In this document: positions 62,432-64,000 of the stretch, piece by piece
Layout: the number at the start of each line of letters is the position of its first letter
Position numbering within the stretch: the stretch's first letter is position 1
NCBI GenBank assembly: GCA_977017575.1
Contig: CDRNVI010000053.1
Location: forward strand, 1 to 64,000
DNA from: Paramoeba atlantica
Lineage: Eukaryota; Protista; Discosea
Direction of reading: 5' to 3'
DNA: 64,000 nucleotides
Notes under the pieces: model-generated
What the model was told of the DNA's origin: nothing
Seen by the model: the letters and a program-made list of their open reading frames with translations, nothing else
The model's database searches: none
Made by a program: the position numbers and the translations under genes

Positions 62432-63070
62432 ATTATTAATGCAACCTACTTAATTGTCATTGCTCTACCTCCCTATTTAGAGCGTTGAAACCTGTTAAGT
62501 TTTACCTGGATTTTCCAGGACACCTTTTTTGGGGCGTTTTTTGGAAGGGGTATCTTGTGAAAACAACGGCGTAGAAAGCTAGTATATAGGTCCCAAACTC
62601 TCAAAATACAATAGGCGAAACGATTAAAAAAACTTTAAGCCATGTTTTTCGCAAAGTTCGATTTTTTTCAGAAAATATCCGAACTTGGCGGTCCCGTCCT
62701 GTTGATTCCAGGGGGGGTGTCCCCGAGTACGGGGGTGGAAAATGTGCCCCAAGACTTCGGCTACCCTTTCTGGGAGTTTATTTTGAAAAATATTTTTTTC
62801 AAAAATTTGTCTTGCTTATGAACCGCATTTGAAATAGACATTAAGCCTTTCTTTCTATCTTTCGTAGATGCAGGAAGGGATTCGTAATATGCGAAGACGC
62901 GTAAACTTGATGAGCGTCTTCTTCGGACGGCGATGCCTCAAAATCACCTTCTATAGAACTACATTCAGAAACAATTTCCCAAGTGGTTTCCCAACGTTTC
63001 AGCTCTTCCGAATGGCGCTTCAAGCATTCGGATGCGACAGTTTCCATGATGTCATTTTGAAGTGAAAAAA

Positions 63071-63225
63071 CCTATTTGGATATTAAAGTGCTATTTGGGT
63101 ATTAAAGTGACTATTTGGATATTAAAGTGCCTATTTGGATATTAAAGTGCTATTTGGGTATTAAAGTGCCTATTTGGATGTTAAAGTGCCTATTTGGATA
63201 TTAAAGTGCCTATTTGGATTTTAAA
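63071..63225. repeat. Minisatellite: about 8 copies of 19-20 bp CCTATTTGGATATTAAAGTG
   Basis: Head-to-tail units with single-base variants (GGGT, GATG) and no spacers. Confidence 0.95.
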
Positions 63226-63240
63226 CCGCAGCCCGGATCA

Positions 63241-63370
63241 CCAAAAGTGCAAGTGCCGCAGTTTCCCACAAGAAAAACGGTATCTCCCTTATGGCATGAG
63301 AGCGTACAGGCGCATAGAAAGGTGGAGATAACGTTTTTCCTGTGGGAAGCCGCCGCACCTGCACTTTTGG
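63241..63370. other. Long imperfect inverted repeat (about 50-bp arms, about 28-nt loop)
   Basis: CCAAAAGTGCAAGTGCCGCAGTTTCCCACAAGAAAAACGGTATCTCC pairs with GGAGATAACGTTTTTCCTGTGGGAAGCCGCCGCACCTGCACTTTTGG with about 6 mismatches. Confidence 0.85.
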
Positions 63371-63653
63371 CATCTCCCTATTTAACTTTAGCGTTCATTA
63401 GCCAACAAAAATATTATGGGCTCGTTTTTTGGTTCATGGAGAAAACTTTCTTAATCGAACCCCCTATTTGAAAGACCAATGTCCGAAATTGGCGCACTCT
63501 TAAGGAGGGGGAACAGTAGTTCTCTACGCTGTATACAAGACGGATTCATGACCTTCCGTCGTGCTCATCTCTTACACGTAAATGTTCAATATATTTGGTT
63601 CTTTGATGTGTCCTTTGGGACCTTCTTATCAGCTATTTTCTTGTGTTAATAAC

Positions 63654-64000
63654 ATGCCCTCCAAGCATGAGACAATGGTAAAGCGACTTAACGAGCTCGG
63701 ATATGCTTTGAAGGATGCAAAGACAGCTTTGCGGCGATGTAATTACAATTTGGAGGCAGCAACTGATCTCCTTATGAATACGACTGAATCAGAAAAACAG
63801 GGCGATACACTGAACCAGGATAGGTTGATCAGTGCCCAAAGTCACATCGATGTAGATCATGCGGCTGAAAGACATATTTTCACTTCCAATGTCGTTTCTA
63901 CATCTGGAAATATTCCGCAGAAACCTGTACGAGTTCACCCATGTATCGTACAGTATGGAGTTTGTAAATATGGGGATACATGTAAGTACGCCACAATGCC
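63654..64000 (+). CDS. UBA-domain and CCCH-type zinc-finger protein (5' part; runs off the window)
   Basis: My translation: MPSKHETMVKRLNELGYALKDAKTALRRCNYNLEAATDLLM (UBA-like) ... HPCIVQYGVCKYGDTCKYA (start of a CCCH finger). Confidence 0.7.
   Translation, partial: MPSKHETMVKRLNELGYALKDAKTALRRCNYNLEAATDLLMNTTESEKQGDTLNQDRLISAQSHIDVDHAAERHIFTSNVVSTSGNIPQKPVRVHPCIVQYGVCKYGDTCKYATM

Noticed and set aside
62841-63047. 68-aa minus-strand ORF next to the minisatellite
   Set aside because: It is short, against cluster polarity and has no recognisable motif; it cannot be supported as a gene.
63071-63225. Possible CRISPR array
   Set aside because: Units are head-to-tail with no unique spacers, there are no cas genes, and the context is eukaryotic.
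62469-63384. 11-bp direct repeat CTCCCTATTTA read as a target-site duplication
   Set aside because: No terminal inverted repeats or poly(A) tail lie just inside, and the word resembles the local minisatellite core, so it is not good TSD evidence.
1-64000. tRNA, rRNA, SL-RNA genes and cis-spliced introns
   Set aside because: None was recognised by eye. A tRNAscan/Infernal run is needed to exclude small RNAs.

Overview
Compact, intron-free eukaryotic DNA with about 31 protein-coding genes, all on the + strand over 64 kb. This layout, the polypyrimidine/AG tracts before genes and a split SDH2 N-terminal gene point to a kinetoplastid directional (polycistronic) gene cluster. A reduced Perkinsela-like prokinetoplastid is my unverified inference. 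Recognisable genes: AHCY, CCT7, biotin-protein ligase, SEC23, GNAT, LRR, SET-domain, two laminin-EGF-like paralogs, a GPR107/108-like protein, WDR55-like, DCC1, SDH2N, DUS1, PheRS-beta, RPL26, SpoU methylase, succinyl-CoA ligase beta and SLX1. Most interesting observations: (1) the window opens with about 52 copies of a 12-bp C-rich repeat (GATCCCCCCCTG) in telomere orientation instead of TTAGGG, and the gene cluster runs inward from it; (2) recurrent 0.5-1.2 kb islands where the + strand flips from strongly C-rich to strongly G-rich, often around a microsatellite-like core and inside conserved CDSs, with the polarity expected of replication origins or bidirectional promoters; (3) a Tc1/mariner deletion derivative and three MITE-like elements, a class reported absent from trypanosomatid genomes; (4) a 20-bp tandem array plus a long hairpin near 63 kb. 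No tRNA, rRNA, SL-RNA gene or CRISPR array was recognised by eye.
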